DNA of 64,000 nt from assembly GCA_026770705.1 (NCBI GenBank), contig JANJGN010000011.1:105090001-105154000 (forward strand). Direction: 5' to 3'. Below the pieces are notes generated by a model, which had not been told where the DNA came from, ran no database searches, and saw nothing but the letters and a program-made list of their open reading frames with translations. The stretch is from Isurus oxyrinchus. Its lineage: Eukaryota. Shown piece by piece: positions 13,196-26,366 of this stretch. A program made the translations under genes and the position numbers. Position 1 is the stretch's first letter, and the number at the start of each line of letters is the position of its first letter.

Positions 13196-13639
13196 TTTCT
13201 CTCTCCATAGATGCTGCCAGTCTTGCTGAGTTTCTTCGGCATTTTCCGCTTTTGTTTCAGATTTCCAGCATCAGCAGTGTTTTGCTTTCATTTAATTTAA
13301 TTGTCATGTTTGGAGACATCATGCACTGGGTCTCATTTCTTGTCATTTTGAGAATGCAGTGTCCAGTGTGCTTATTTGTTCACTTTTCCTGTTTTGAGCA
13401 AACAATTACAAGAGCCCGAGATACTCTCTTCTATGGGTTTGCTTTAATGCTCAATTTTTAGGTAGTTTTGTTCCTTCTGTGCAACCTCATGATGTATTGA
13501 GTCTCATTCTACTGTTACTCCTGGACTTGAAATTACTTGGTAACATCATTGTGAAAGCATTGAACATCATTGTTTATTTTATTGTTTGAATAGGGGTGCA
13601 CATTCACTCTGCTGCTTTTATTTATTGTGTGATGTGGAT

Positions 13640-14170
13640 AGAAACATAGGATCATACAATACAGAAGAAAACCGTTTGATCCTTCATGCCTTTGAAAGAG
13701 CTATCCAATTAGCCCCACTCCCTGCACTTTCCCCATAGGCTTGTAATGTTTTCCCTTCAAGTATTTATTCGATTTCCTTTTGAAAGTTATTATTGTCTCT
13801 GCTCCCATCAGCCTTTCAAGCAACACATTTCATATCATAAAAACTTGTGTTAAAAATAATAATTCTCCTTCTGTCACCTCTGGTTCTTTCGCCGATCACC
13901 TTAAAGCTGTGTCATCCAGTTACTGCCCCTGCCAGTGGAAACAGCTTTTCTTATTTACTCCATCCAAACTGTTCATGATTTTGAATACCTTCATTGCATT
14001 TCCTTTTAAGCATCTCTGCTTTAATGAGAACAACCTTGCCTTCACCACATGAATGAAGTCGCTCCTTCCAGCTGCTATTCTGATAAATCTCCTTTGTATT
14101 GTCATCCTTCCTAAAAGTGCGATTCCCACAATTGAACTAAATACTTTGGCTGTGGCCTAACCAGTGTTTT
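13640..14170 (-). mobile_element. CR1 LINE 3' fragment
   Basis: IQRRFIR...LFSLKQRCLKGNAMKVFKIM remnant typical of the CR1 ORF2 C-terminus. Confidence 0.75.
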
Positions 14171-15049
14171 ATTGACATATGTTACATTTTGACACAATAT
14201 TTTGCATTGTAAGTGCAAGTACATATAGAAAGTGTAGCATGCTTGGGAGGATCAGATGACTTTGGGCCTAAGATTACCAAAGATCTCCATCACCGGTGTT
14301 TTCCTTGCATCATGCCTGGATCTATTGTTGACTAATTGACAGGGATTGATTTTTATGATTAGCTTAAAAATTCCATGATTATTGTATCACGTGACAGCCA
14401 GAATGGTAGAAGCTGGATGAGATAGACCTTTTCTCAATGAGCAATTTCTATTTTTCTGTCATAACCTCGTCACAAATATCATGTTTATATTGTGACAGGC
14501 AACAATAATTTCATTTTTAATGTAATTGATAGCAATTTGTGTTATTGCTTGAGGCTAACAAATCACAAAGAATGCTTTTGGTGCTCGTTCAAGTGGAGCA
14601 TAAAAAACTGACTATAAACCATTGGATTAATGGTCATGCGTATTGTCTGAAAAGTACTTCACCTCTGTTTCTCTCCATGGTCTTAAACGTTTTCTCTTAC
14701 TCTACTTAAAGTGTTATCTCATCTGAAGATCTGAAATATTTATTTTCACAACGAACTTTAACATTGAGCCGTAACTTCCGACTAGCATCAGAAAGTGCCG
14801 GCCTGCAGGAATTAGAAGAAATAACTGCACACTTACCTGGTCTTGAAAATTATGTTGACACTTGTGTTCACCAGAGCTACTTGGGGCCTGCATTGAAAGA
14901 CTCCTCACAAGCCCCAGCGAAGTCTAGCTCCAGCAGATTCGAGGAGGTCATGCCCCCTTTTTTACGACACGGTGCCATAAACCAGGTAAGTTTAAAGAGC
15001 CAGGAAAATTGACAGGCCAGGGGAAGGTAAGTGCCTAAGGTGAGTAGAT

Positions 15050-15795
15050 AGGATTTGGGGGTGTCAGGGGTCAGTCCGGGGATGGGTCGGATGTCCGACG
15101 GGGTGGGGCTGGGGATCAGTCTGAGGACCAGTAGGGGTTCGGAAATCTATGGGTGAGGGGGTTTTTCAAGGTGGGGGAGGGGATTGTGGATGTAGGGGTT
15201 TGGGGGGAGTCCAGGTTCCAGGCGAGTTGGGGTTCCAGGGGAGTTGGATGTCCAGAGGGGTCTGTTGGAGGAGTCCTGAGGTTGGGAGGGGGATGGATGG
15301 GAGTCAGAAGTCCAGGGGGCTGTGGGTTGAAGGTCCCATGGGTGGAAGGTCAGAAGTCTGTGGGGGAATGAGGGGTTGGTCCGAGGTAAGGAGCAGATGT
15401 CAATCAAAGGGCTGGGGTGGGGGGGGCTGCGGTGGCAGGAGTGATGGGTTGTCGAAAGTCCATGGGGAGGTCGTGGGTTGGGGGAGGTCAGAGGTCGTGG
15501 GTTGGGGGAGGTCGGAGGTCATGGGTTGGGGGACGTCAGAGGTCGTGGGTTGGGGAATGTCAGAGGTCATGGGTTGGGGGCGTTGGAAGTCATGGGTTGG
15601 GGGGCATAGGTGGTTGTGGATTGGGGGGCGTCGGTGGTTGTGGGCTGGGGGGTTGTCAGGGGTGAGGGTGTTGGAGGTCAGAGGTGGGGGGAACTTGGAT
15701 GTCGGGGATGGTGGGGGTGGGTCGTGGGGGGGGGTGAGCGGTTGGGGTTTGCGGTGAGTCCCGTGAGGGAGAGGTCGGGGGGCGTGGGGGGAGTC
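15050..15795 (+). repeat. G-rich degenerate minisatellite (about 24-bp unit GGGTTGGGGGAGGTCAGAGGTCRT)
   Basis: Repeating units visible at 15465-15610 with dense GGG runs on the + strand. Confidence 0.8.
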
Positions 15796-16989
15796 CTGTA
15801 AAGCCAGCCTGTGTCTTTACAATAGTTACTCAGAAATTAGAAGAGGTTTTAATTCTTCCAACTTTTTCTGAGTAACTATTTGTATAACCCTGGCAGAACC
15901 AACCAAAGTTATCGATATTAAATTGTATTTTCGGATGGTTCCCAGCGCAATGCAATTATCCAGAGGAAGTCTGCACTTCTGGGCAATTGCCATGCAAACT
16001 CTTACCTGGGAACTTCCCAGAGGGATTCCCCAGCACATCTTTGGAGTACCCCCCCAAATCCGATGCTGGGGAGCTTATAATTAACAATGTGTTAACCAGA
16101 ACCGTGAGAAAGTGTTTTCTTGAAACATACAGTTTCTGAAATGCAGACATGTTAGCTGATTGTTTAATTACAAAGAAGAACAGGTATTCCTTCTTTGTTC
16201 ATTATAAGAATAGTGTCAGCCCCTTGTTCTTTCTACACAAGCCTCTAGATCACTTTTGTAGTACAGAGTTTCATATTTGGTTTGTGCCCTCATTTTTCCT
16301 CTCTCAGTTCATACCTTCCAGCTTCATACTCAGCATCTCACCACGTATAGCTCTATCACCCTTGCAGTCATTGTTTTTCATTCACTCTAGCATTTATGCA
16401 TATTCTATGTGATGTACAGTTTATCTCATCAAATAAAATATCCCATGGAAGCTTCTCCCAAGATTCACTTTAATGTAAAAATCTAATCCCAGGTTGACAG
16501 CTTTGCCCTCTCCGGAGATCTCTATGAGCCTCACACTCTCTTTATAGAGCTACCTCAGCTTAACATGAGTCTCTTTTCATTTCTTTCCTTCCATTCCTCT
16601 TGGCATTACTCTTTGACTCATTCTTTTTCTTTCCAAGCTGAATTGCATTCCTAATTGGTGTATAAGTGTCCATACCAATGCAATATGACATGCGGTTCCT
16701 CAAGGCACCGGTTAAGTCATTTTTATCAAATATTGATTCATCTAATTAATTCGAGTTCTGCTGCGGTTCTGCATCAGGTCACTAAATTCATAGGGCCATG
16801 AGGATGGAGCCTTCAAAAATGGAGCAATACAATTTTAAAGTTTGTTTCCATTTTGGGATGAAAAAAAATAAAGGGAAACACTTAATAAATACCTAAGCCA
16901 TTCAGGACTATTCAACCCCATGCCAATCTAGCCAGAAGGATGTTTTTGTTTAGTGTTACTTTTCCTCATGTTTTCATGAAGATGACAGA

Positions 16990-17495
16990 TGTTGGGAACC
17001 GCCCATGCAACTTTCCTGGATGAGTGCAGCTCCTACAACACTCAAGAAGCTCAACACCATCCGGGACAAAGCAGTCCACTTGATTGGCACCCAATTCACC
17101 ACCTTAAGCATTCATTCCCTGTACCACTGGTGCACAGTGACAGCAGCGTGTGCCATCTGCAAGGTGCATTGCAGCAACTCGCCAAGGCTCCTTCGACAGC
17201 ACCATGACCTCTACCACCTAGAAGGACAAGGGCAGCAGGTGCATGTGAACCACCTGCAAATTCCCTCGAAGTTACACACAATCCTGACTTGGAAATATAT
17301 CAGCATTCCTTCACTGTCACTGGGTCAAAATCCTGGAACTCCTTCCCTAACAGCACTGTGGGTATACCTATACCACGTGGACTGCAATGGTTAAAGAAGG
17401 CAGCTCACCACCACTTCTCAAGGGCAATTAGGGATGGGCAACAAATCTAGCCTAGCCAGGGACGCTCACATCTTGTGAAAAGAATTATAAAAAAC
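16990..17495 (+). mobile_element. CR1/L2-group LINE 3' fragment
   Basis: WMSAAPTTLKKL...HSLYH remnant, ending CTCAAGGGCAATTAGGGATGGGCAA plus an A-rich tail. Confidence 0.85.
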
Positions 17496-19259
17496 GTTCC
17501 CATCATTACATCACCAACCCCACCACCACCTGCACAATCCAAACAACTCCCATTAATTAAACCTTCCTAGGTCAGCAATAACCCAATTGGATACCAGGTA
17601 AAGTCCCACTATGCTCTAACATGAATTTGCACCCATTATCCTTAGGCTTCCCTGAGGAAAATTGTTTACTTAATGCCCAATTTTGCTGAATTATGGGAGG
17701 CTTTGTGCATCAAGAACTATGGTCATTTAGAACACTTACAGCCAGAGCAGGTTTACATCCTATCAGTTTGCTGCTGCTTGTAACTACTCCTGCCAAGAAA
17801 TCTGCTGTCATGGCATTGCCACGTTCATTGTCTTGCACCATCCTCACACATCCATTGAAGTGTGTCTGCAACCACTCTGTGATGTCTGTCATCCAAGTAC
17901 GCCCAGGTTGACTTCCTTTCTGCTGCCCTCCAATTTGTCATCTGGGAGAGATCTCCATAGCTTTTCAGCTTTGATGAAATGACTGAACTACTGACATTTT
18001 TCTTTTCTGAATGTCACTTTATAGAGTTCTTTTTGTCCTTGCAACTTCAAGCATCTCTTCATTTGTCTTATGGGGGTCTGTATATGGAACTTTTAGCATA
18101 CATCTTGGCAGCCACATTTCAAAGGCCTCTATTTTCTTCCACAGATCTATATTTATTGTGCAGGTTTCAATACAGGAAAGTGGATAGAATGTAGCATCTT
18201 ATGAGTTTTTTCCTTGTTACAAGTTTGAGTTTTCTCGTTCCTGTCCTTTATCTTCACAAAATTACTTCTGGCTATCTCTATCCTTCTTCCAAACTCTGCA
18301 TCACATCTGTCATTTTTTTTATCGTTTGTCCTAAATATACAAACTTACCTTCTTGTTCCAGTGTGCTACCAGCCATTTCAATCTTCAACCTAGTTTCTCC
18401 TAATGTATTCCTTTTAACTACCATTACTTTTGTCTTTCTGGTGTTCATACTCAATCAATCCATATTCAAAACTTCTGGACTTAATTTGACCTACAACATA
18501 TTGCAGGACCTCTTCTGATTATGTAAGTGGCACTGTCATCAGCGAGTATATGTTCTTGCCTCCAATTTTTACCCCTGGAAATACATCTAATTCCCTGAAT
18601 ATTTGTTCTGTGTACAGATAAAATAATTTTGGCAACAGTACACAACCTTGTTTTACTCCTCTCTTCACTTGAAACGTGTCCATCTTCTAACCTGATGCTC
18701 GCTATTTGGTCTCAATATAGGCACTGGATAAACCTCACATCTTTACTGTCAATGTCACATTTTAACAACATGTTTATTAACATTTGGTGATAAACATGAT
18801 CGAATGCTTTTTCATGGTACACTGAAGAATATATAAATGTTCTTGTTTACTTCCATATATTTATCAAAGATTGTCTTAGGTTAAATATTCCCTCTCTAGT
18901 TCCTATTCCAGGTCTAAATCCAGAATGTGTTTCATCAATTTCTGCTTCAAACGTATTATTATTTTTCAACATCACTTTCATGAGATGAGTCATTAGGCTT
19001 ACTGTTCTAAAATGATTGTGCTCCATTGCTTTAGGTTCCTTATGTGCCTCAACCAATAGTGAATGCCTCAAGTCACTTGGAATGTATCCTTTGTTATACA
19101 TTTGATCACAAATTTCAGTGATCACTTCTAATTCTGTTTCTCCAAGGGCTTTTAAATGTTCTATTGTTACTTCATCTATGCCTAGAGCTTTTCCTGTATT
19201 GATCAATTTCAAAGCATTCTTTACCTCTGATAAGGTAATGTTTGGTCCTTCTTTTTTCT

Positions 19260-20427
19260 TATTACAACTGGCCCCCGGGCAAGATCCCCCAATTTGTTAT
19301 GATCCCAGATGAGATACCCCAATTTGTTAACTTCCTAAATAGGACCCCAATTTTATTATGTTTCCAGGTGAGGCGGAATGAGCTTGCTCCCCTTCTTTAT
19401 TCAACCCCCCAGCACCCCCTGGTTGGTTGCCATAAGGTTAATTTAAAAAGGATCCCTTCCCTTGTGGATATCTTTTCACAGTTCAAATGTATTTATGTTT
19501 TAGAAGGAGCCTATTTAATCAGGTTTTCTTGAGTCAAAGAAAGAGTAAGTTTATTAGTTACTAAAAACCTGAGGGAAAATTTTAAAAATGCAACACGCAT
19601 AAGTGCACATGCACACACAAACACACACACATACACCAGAAATGAGAAGTTGAATCCAAAAATAAAAGTTAAAAAAGATATACGAATCAGTGTTTGGTTT
19701 GTCCGTGAGGAGTACATGTTGAAACATTGCGGCCTTTAAGTTGGGTATTTCCAGTAGAGCTGACTTTGGCAGTTGAGTAATTGGTTTAGAGACACTTGGT
19801 TTTGCAGGTTAGATAAAGGATGTCCTACTTCCTTTTTGTCTGTGGCTTTGCTGACATGCCTCCAGCCGGAGAGAGAGCGAGCTTTTATCTGCAACCCGTA
19901 GGGATGCCTAGTTGTTGTTCTTGTGCTGTGAGCTTCATAACACTCAATCACACCCTTGATCTAGAGCACATTGATCAGGTTTGCAGCTGGATTTTTAACC
20001 CATTTCTAGTGTATTCCTGGAAGGGGAAAAACAAACATGTATTTTGCCCAGGATCTGTTTTCTTTCAACTTCAATCATATCCACATTCTGAGACATAACT
20101 CAACAGGAGATGGTTTCTGCTGAGATGTGGTAATCAGTTTCCATTGTCTCCACAACCACAAGAGATTAATGTTCAGTCTTTTGCATTGAATCTTTCATTT
20201 TTAAGTGTCTCTGTCTGAAGTGGGCCTTGACACCTTTTTAGGTGCAACATTCTGGGGCCTCTCTAGACTTATCAGTCAAATATAATCCACATAGGAATTT
20301 TCCAGAAAGTGGTTCCTTTACAGTCTCAGCCAGCTTTCACTTGTATGTCCTTTTTAAAAAAACACGTCTTCCTCAAAAAATTCAATATGCCCCTAAGTAA
20401 TTTGGGCTATGATCTGCTGTCATGACA
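19260..20427. mobile_element. Solo LTR inserted in RTE
   Basis: RTE coding sequence resumes on either side. Ends TATTAC.../...ATGACA. Imperfect 4-bp TSD TTCT/TCCT. Confidence 0.6.
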
Positions 20428-20750
20428 TCCTCCACATCTTGAGGACTCCCTAGATCATTGTATAATTCACTTATATATTCTGTTATTTCTTTTTACTACT
20501 GCATTCATTTCAAACCATATTTTACCATTTTGTCTTTTATACACCCACTATTTGTTGTTAAGATTTCACCTTCACAATTTTGTGATTTCTTTCCAGTTCC
20601 AATACTTCATCACACATCTCATTATACCATTTATCTTTAGCCTGTCTATATGCATTTTTATTTTATTTTCAATTTCACCATACTCAGGTGTACTTATTTT
20701 CTTTGCCCTTTCTATGATCATTGCTAATATATCATCCATCGTCGACTCCT

Positions 20751-21246
20751 TGGCAGAATTTTCCACTCATCGAGCAAGCGTCCTGACATCATCGCACATT
20801 CGCATGATATTTCTGTCAGCAGGCATACACAGGAATCAGCAGCATGCCCGCCGATAATTAAAAGGCCCATTAAGGCCATTAATAATCTAAATGAATTAAA
20901 GTTTTCGCTGCCCATCCCACCTTACGGTTGCCATAGTCACATGAGGGGACATGTGTTTTAACATCTTAAAATGCCTTATTTTTAATTTTTCACATCTTCA
21001 TCTCCCTGAGGCAGCTCTGTGCCTCAAGGAGCTTTTCTTGTGTACACGTGTACGTATGCATGAAGTTCCCCACTCACCTTCCTCCCCCCCAACACAGACA
21101 GGGCTTAGTGCTGCAGCACACATTTCACTCTGGGCGGGCCTTAATTGGCCCACCAGCATGAAATCACAGTGGCTGCCCAATCACGGCAGCAGTCAGCTTC
21201 CTGACCTCCCCCGCCGAGCCCGCCCAACAAGGGCAAAATTCTGCCC
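20751..21246. mobile_element. Harbinger-type MITE
   Basis: TIRs TGGCAGAATTTT / AAAATTCTGCCC. Body homologous to 32700-33374 and 36740-37362. Confidence 0.8.
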
Positions 21247-21542
21247 TTTGTCTTTTTTTCCTTTGCCATTTTGCTTACATATCCTTTGCAGCATTGTTGT
21301 ACGCTCTCTTTCATGTTTTTCCATTTGCGTCCTGTTTCTTGTTCTGAGACCTCTGCTTGTTCCGATTGCGCAATCTTGAGACATTCATGCTTGTGTTTTA
21401 CTTTAAGAGTGAATGTCTTCCTGATGTTCTCATTCTTCAGTATGTCAAGGTCTAAATGGTTACACATCTTTTACTTTCTTGTTGTTTTCAGCTTCAACTT
21501 AATTTTTGCCACAAGCAGACAACGATCTCAATTTATATCCAT

Positions 21543-21674
21543 GGTCAGGATTTTACGGTCCCGTCATGGCATGTTTGCCCCCGGCAGATGCAGCGAGCCA
21601 TTTAAATCTCCATTCAGTTCAGTGGGACTGTAATAACCTGCCAGGCCGTGGGGGTAGCCATAAAATCTTTGCCC
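21543..21674. mobile_element. Very short Harbinger-type MITE
   Basis: GGTCAGGATTTTACGG / CCATAAAATCTTTGCC ends with a 3-bp duplication (CAT or ATG). Confidence 0.65.
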
Positions 21675-21849
21675 ATGCTTGAATACATATGAACATTCTT
21701 TATACTGTTTCTAAAATGTTGTTTCCCTATCACACAATCTATTTGATTTCTATTCAGATTGTCTGGACTTCTAAAGTGTAGTCTCCTTTTTTCATTCAAA
21801 GAAGGTGTTTGCCACCATCATATCATTTTCTTGACAAAATTGTATCAGT

Positions 21850-24264
21850 GGGTAGAATCGTCCCAGATTTGCACCAAGTGCGGTAGCAGGCGGGGAAAAT
21901 AATGTTTTATCTGCCAGCCCCAATGGTAACTTCTCATCACTTTCAACTCTCACAGCCTCAAAGCTATCACACATTAACAGGGATCTCACACCTCAAGGGA
22001 CAACACCACTAACTCTCATACACACCCTCACATCCCCATCAGGCTGATACCCTCTCGAGCTCACGTCCTCATCCTGTCCGTGGCTCCGCTCACCTCACAA
22101 ACATTCCACACAGTGCCATGTGTCCTGCTCACATTCTCTGTTTCCACGCAGAAGAAACCTGCTCACACGAGCAGGAAGAAGTCCCAGACCGGGGTTGGAG
22201 TGGCCCACATTAGGCCCCTCACTCACTTTGAGGACCGTGACATTGCACAGACTGGTGAGGACATGGACCATGCCTGTGGCGATGATGAAGTCAGTGGCGA
22301 ACACCCATGTGATGATCCTGTACCGATGATCCCTCTCTCAACGCAACTGTGAGTGTTCTGTCTCCTGGTTTTGACTCTGCTGCCATGCACTAACTATCTC
22401 TACTTCGGTTCACAGGGAGCTCTGCCAAGCGACTGACATCCTCAGCCAGCCAGTCCCTCAGCTCATCCACGTGCTCACCTCCAGCCAAGAGGACTCCTCC
22501 TTCATTGAAGAGCTGGAAATAAGCAGCCTGGAAGATCTGTCACAGCGCTTACCCACACCCTGCACCAGTGCAGAGACACACAACTCAGTGAGACCTAGAT
22601 CTAGAGCAGGCTCAGGTTCAGAATCTGGTGGTCACCGCATGGACACATGTCCGCAGCAGGAGGAGGCAAGTTCAGCTGAGCTCCCCGGCCTTCAGAGGAT
22701 TGCCAATGAAGAGGCATTTGTGAAGTCCAAGTCAGATTACGAACATCTGGATTGGGCCTTCCGACTCATCATGGAGAGTTGGCAGAAGGTGTGGGAATAT
22801 CACACAAAGCTGTTAGTTGCCCTCAACAGAATGGCTTGTGAGGCCTCCATGGGGAGAATGGCAGATGCCTTGGAGGCCCTAGTCCAACCGAACGTGGAGA
22901 TGTGTGCAGATCTGCACTCCACCACGGGAGCCATGGGTGAGTTCCTGTAGTGGCAACATGAGAGGGAAACAGGGCACCTCAACATCCCTCCAGGTGCTCC
23001 ATCCCGTCAAGTAGTCAGGCTGGGGCCGCCGGGCACCCGAAAGGAGAAGGGGCAGCAGCTGGACACCCCTGGGTATCCACTCAGGAATCTCAGTGGCTGT
23101 CCTCTCCCTCCGAGGCCCCTTTGCCTGTGACTCCCTCAACTCATCCTCTGTCACTGCAGAAGGATCAGCCAGCCAAGGAGTGATTCTGGAGGGAGAAGTG
23201 GGTGCGTGAGGCCGGGCCATTAGGAGCCTTATGCAAGCAGTCTCCCACGCACATGGATCCTTCCCATATCACACTTGCCTCAATGTCCTGAATGTTTTGA
23301 ATGGTGTCTGCTGGGGTTCGCTTTCACTTGTCTATCTGAGCTGACCTGCATCTCCACCCACCCAATGATCACACTCCCATGCAGCACCTGATCTCGCCCA
23401 TCAAGACTCTCATTTCACTTTCAATTTAGACAGCATGGTGGTGATTCAGTTTTTCATTCACTCCCCAGTCCTTTCCCTTCCCCCAGTCATCCATTTCCTT
23501 TCCCCAATCACTGTTGACCCCCCACCTCGGTATCACCTTCCACCTCCCCTCTGTGACCTACCAGCCACAACCCTTTTCCTTCGAGAATGTCCAGGTGAAC
23601 ATGTGTGTTCCCTTCCTTCCCAAAAATCCTACCCCCATCCACATTAACCTCCTGGACCTCCTCCTTCTCAACCCCAGGGTCCATGTCTGCCTCCGAGTCC
23701 GCACAAACCACGCTCACTGCCCCTTCTACTGCTACTGTTGAACCTTCACCATCCCACCCTACTGCCTCACTCTGCCCTTAGTCATTCTTACCATTCCCTC
23801 ATACCACGCCTACCCTCAGTTCACTCCCTAGGAAGCAGTCATGGACTCATCAGAGCCCTCCCTTGCACGTTTACCATTCATCCCTCCCTTGGAATCCCTT
23901 GCACCCTTATAATCCCTCCCCACTTGGAATCCCTTCCTCTCCTCCGGACCTCCCCCTTCTTAGTCCTCCCCCACCATCTAGCACCTTGAGGAAAGAGCAA
24001 GAGGAGGACTCTGGCACATGCGGTCAGCAGCACCTAGAGCGGGCAATGACTCCGGCAGGCTGGCCTGATAATGATATGCAAATGTTTCACAATAAGGTCC
24101 CCAATGCCCTTCAGCGGAAAATGCGGCCTGCCATCAATGGGCTGAGCGGACTGATCACAAACTCAATTCACGATGTCGTGAAACTGATTTCTGATCTTCT
24201 CGCCATATTGTCTGCTCATGCCACCAAGCACGCCTGACGCCAGCAGGCATAGAAAATTCCACCC
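21850..24264. mobile_element. Non-autonomous Harbinger derivative
   Basis: TIRs GGGTAGAATCGTC / GAAAATTCCACCC and 3-bp TSD AGT. Internal pieces are homologous to exons 2-3 of the Myb-like gene at 52008-53160 (KKPAH, PCTSAETH). Confidence 0.8.
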
Positions 24265-24364
24265 AGTCTCTCTCCTCTTTCAATTCTCGATCCAAGCTTA
24301 TATTGACTGACATGTGTTCCAGATGTTCCTTCACCTATTTAGTGTTTAAGTCACCCATTACAAT

Positions 24365-24745
24365 TTTTTCTAATTTATTCTTTGATGGCATGTGGGTGTC
24401 ACTGGCAAGGCCAACATTTGTTGCTTATCCCTAATTGCTCTTAGACTTAATGGCTTCTTAAGCTATTTCAAGAGGGCAGTTAAGAGTCAACCAAATTGCT
24501 GTGGGTCTGGAATCACATGTAGGCCAAACCAGTTAAGGGTGGTGGATTTCTTTCTCTTCAGGGCATTAGTGAACCAGATAGTTTTTTATGATCGTCAATG
24601 CTAGTTTCATGGTTACCATTACTTTTAATTCCAGATTTTATTAGTTGAATTTAAATTCCACCAGCTGCCATAGCGGCATTTAAACCTGTGCCCCCACAGC
24701 ATTAGCCTGGGCTTCTAGATTTCTAATCCAGTGACATTACCTCAC
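24365..24745 (-). mobile_element. L2-tailed SINE/LINE fragment
   Basis: Reverse complement of the tail at 17400-17490. A similar copy lies at 46080-46395. Confidence 0.65.
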
Positions 24746-25228
24746 ATCAGTTGATTTCACTTGGTCATAAAACTTCAGGACGTCACCTTAAAATGCTTAC
24801 ATTTCCTGCTTATTGTGATCTTGTGTCAGGGCACAAACTTGTAAGACAACGAGATCAAGAGGTTATTCGATGATCTTAATCATGATCATTCTTTGTGAAT
24901 TTGGCCAATAATCTTGAAATGATATCTTGTATCTTATGGTTGGTTACTAGGATTCCTACTCCATTCCTATATTTCTCACCTCCCAAGAAATAAAGCACAC
25001 GATTCTTGTTCCCTTCTAATCAGATTCTCGCTAACTTATTTTTGCAAGTCCTAGTAAGTCAATACAGTGTCTATCCATTACATGTGTAAAGTTTACCAAG
25101 CTTTTCCGCCTGATATGAAGTCCTCATATTCCATGTTCCTATTCTCAAGAAGCTATCTCTTCCATTGAGTGTAATGGGCTGAGAAGCTGACCTCGCTATT
25201 GAGTTTAGGTCAACTTCACCATAAATTT

Positions 25229-26366
25229 AAAAACAAAAAACTGCGGATGCTAGAAATCCAAGACAAAAACGGAATTACCTGGGAAAACTCAGCAGGTCTG
25301 GCAGCATCGGCAGAGAAGAAAAGAGTTGACAGTTCGAGTCCTCATGACCCTTCAACAGAACTAGGTGAATCCAAGGAGAGGGGTGAAATATAAGATGGTT
25401 TAAGGTGGGGGTGGGGGGGGGAGGGGGGGTGGTGGGGTTCGGTGGGGGGAGAGAAGTGGGGGGGTGTGGTTGTAAGGACAAGTAAGCAGTGATAGGAGCA
25501 GATAATCAAAAGATGTCACAGACAAAAGAACAAAAGAACACAGAGATGTTGAAGTTGGTGATATTATCAAAACGAATTTGCTAATTAAGAATGGATGGTA
25601 GGGCACTCAAGATATAGCTCTAGTGGGGGTGGGGGGCATAAAAGATTTAAAAATAATGGAAATAGGTGAGAAAAGAAAAAGCTATATAAATTATTGGAAA
25701 AAACAAAAGGAAGGGGGAAGAAACAGAAAGGGTGTGGGGATGGAGGAGGGAGTTCAAGACCTAAAGTTGTTGAATTCAATATTCAGTCCAGAAGGCTGTA
25801 AAGTGCCTAGTCGGAAGATGAGGTGTTGTTCCTCCAGTTTGCGTTGGGCTTCACTGGAACAATGCAGCAAGCCAAGGACAGACATGTGGACAAGAGAGCA
25901 GGGTGGAGTGTTAAAATGGCAAGCAACAGGGAGGTTTGGGTCATTCTTGTGGACAGACCGCAGGTGTTCTGCAAAGCGGTCGCCCAGTTTACGTTTGGTC
26001 TCTCCAATGTAGAGACCGCTTTGGGAGCAACAAATACAGTAGACTAAGTTGGGGGAAATGCAAGTGAAATGCTGCTTCACTTGAAAGGAATGTTTGGGCC
26101 CTTGGATGGTGAGGAGAGAGGAAGTGAAGGGGCAGGTGTTACATCTTTTGTGTGGGCATGGGGAGGTGCCATAGGTGGGGGCTGAGGAATAGGGGGTGAT
26201 GGAGGAGTGGACCAGGGTGTCCCAGAGGGAACAATCCCTATGGAATGCCGACAGGGGGGGTGCAAACTGGAGGAACAGCACCTCATCTTCCGACTAGGCA
26301 CTTTGCAGCCTTCCAGACTGAATATTGAATTCAACAACTTTAGGTCTTGAACTCCCTCCTCCATCC
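25229..26366 (-). mobile_element. 5'-truncated Penelope-like element with short inverted segment
   Basis: GIY-YIG ORF (LYIGETKRKLGDRFAEHL). 26262-26366 is the reverse complement of about 25737-25842. 13-bp TSD TCACCATAAATTT at 25216-25228 and 26367-26379. Confidence 0.93.

Larger units (their letters stand above)
11420..13290 (+). mobile_element. Penelope-like element (RT C-term, GIY-YIG endonuclease, 3' UTR)
   Basis: YIDD, YKPTNSHSYLDY, CIRCSQ..LYIGETK..LGDCFVEHL motifs. Hammerhead motif near the 3' end. Confidence 0.92.

Noticed and set aside
15149-15757. Gly-rich 202-aa ORF
   Set aside because: Artefact of the G-rich repeat.
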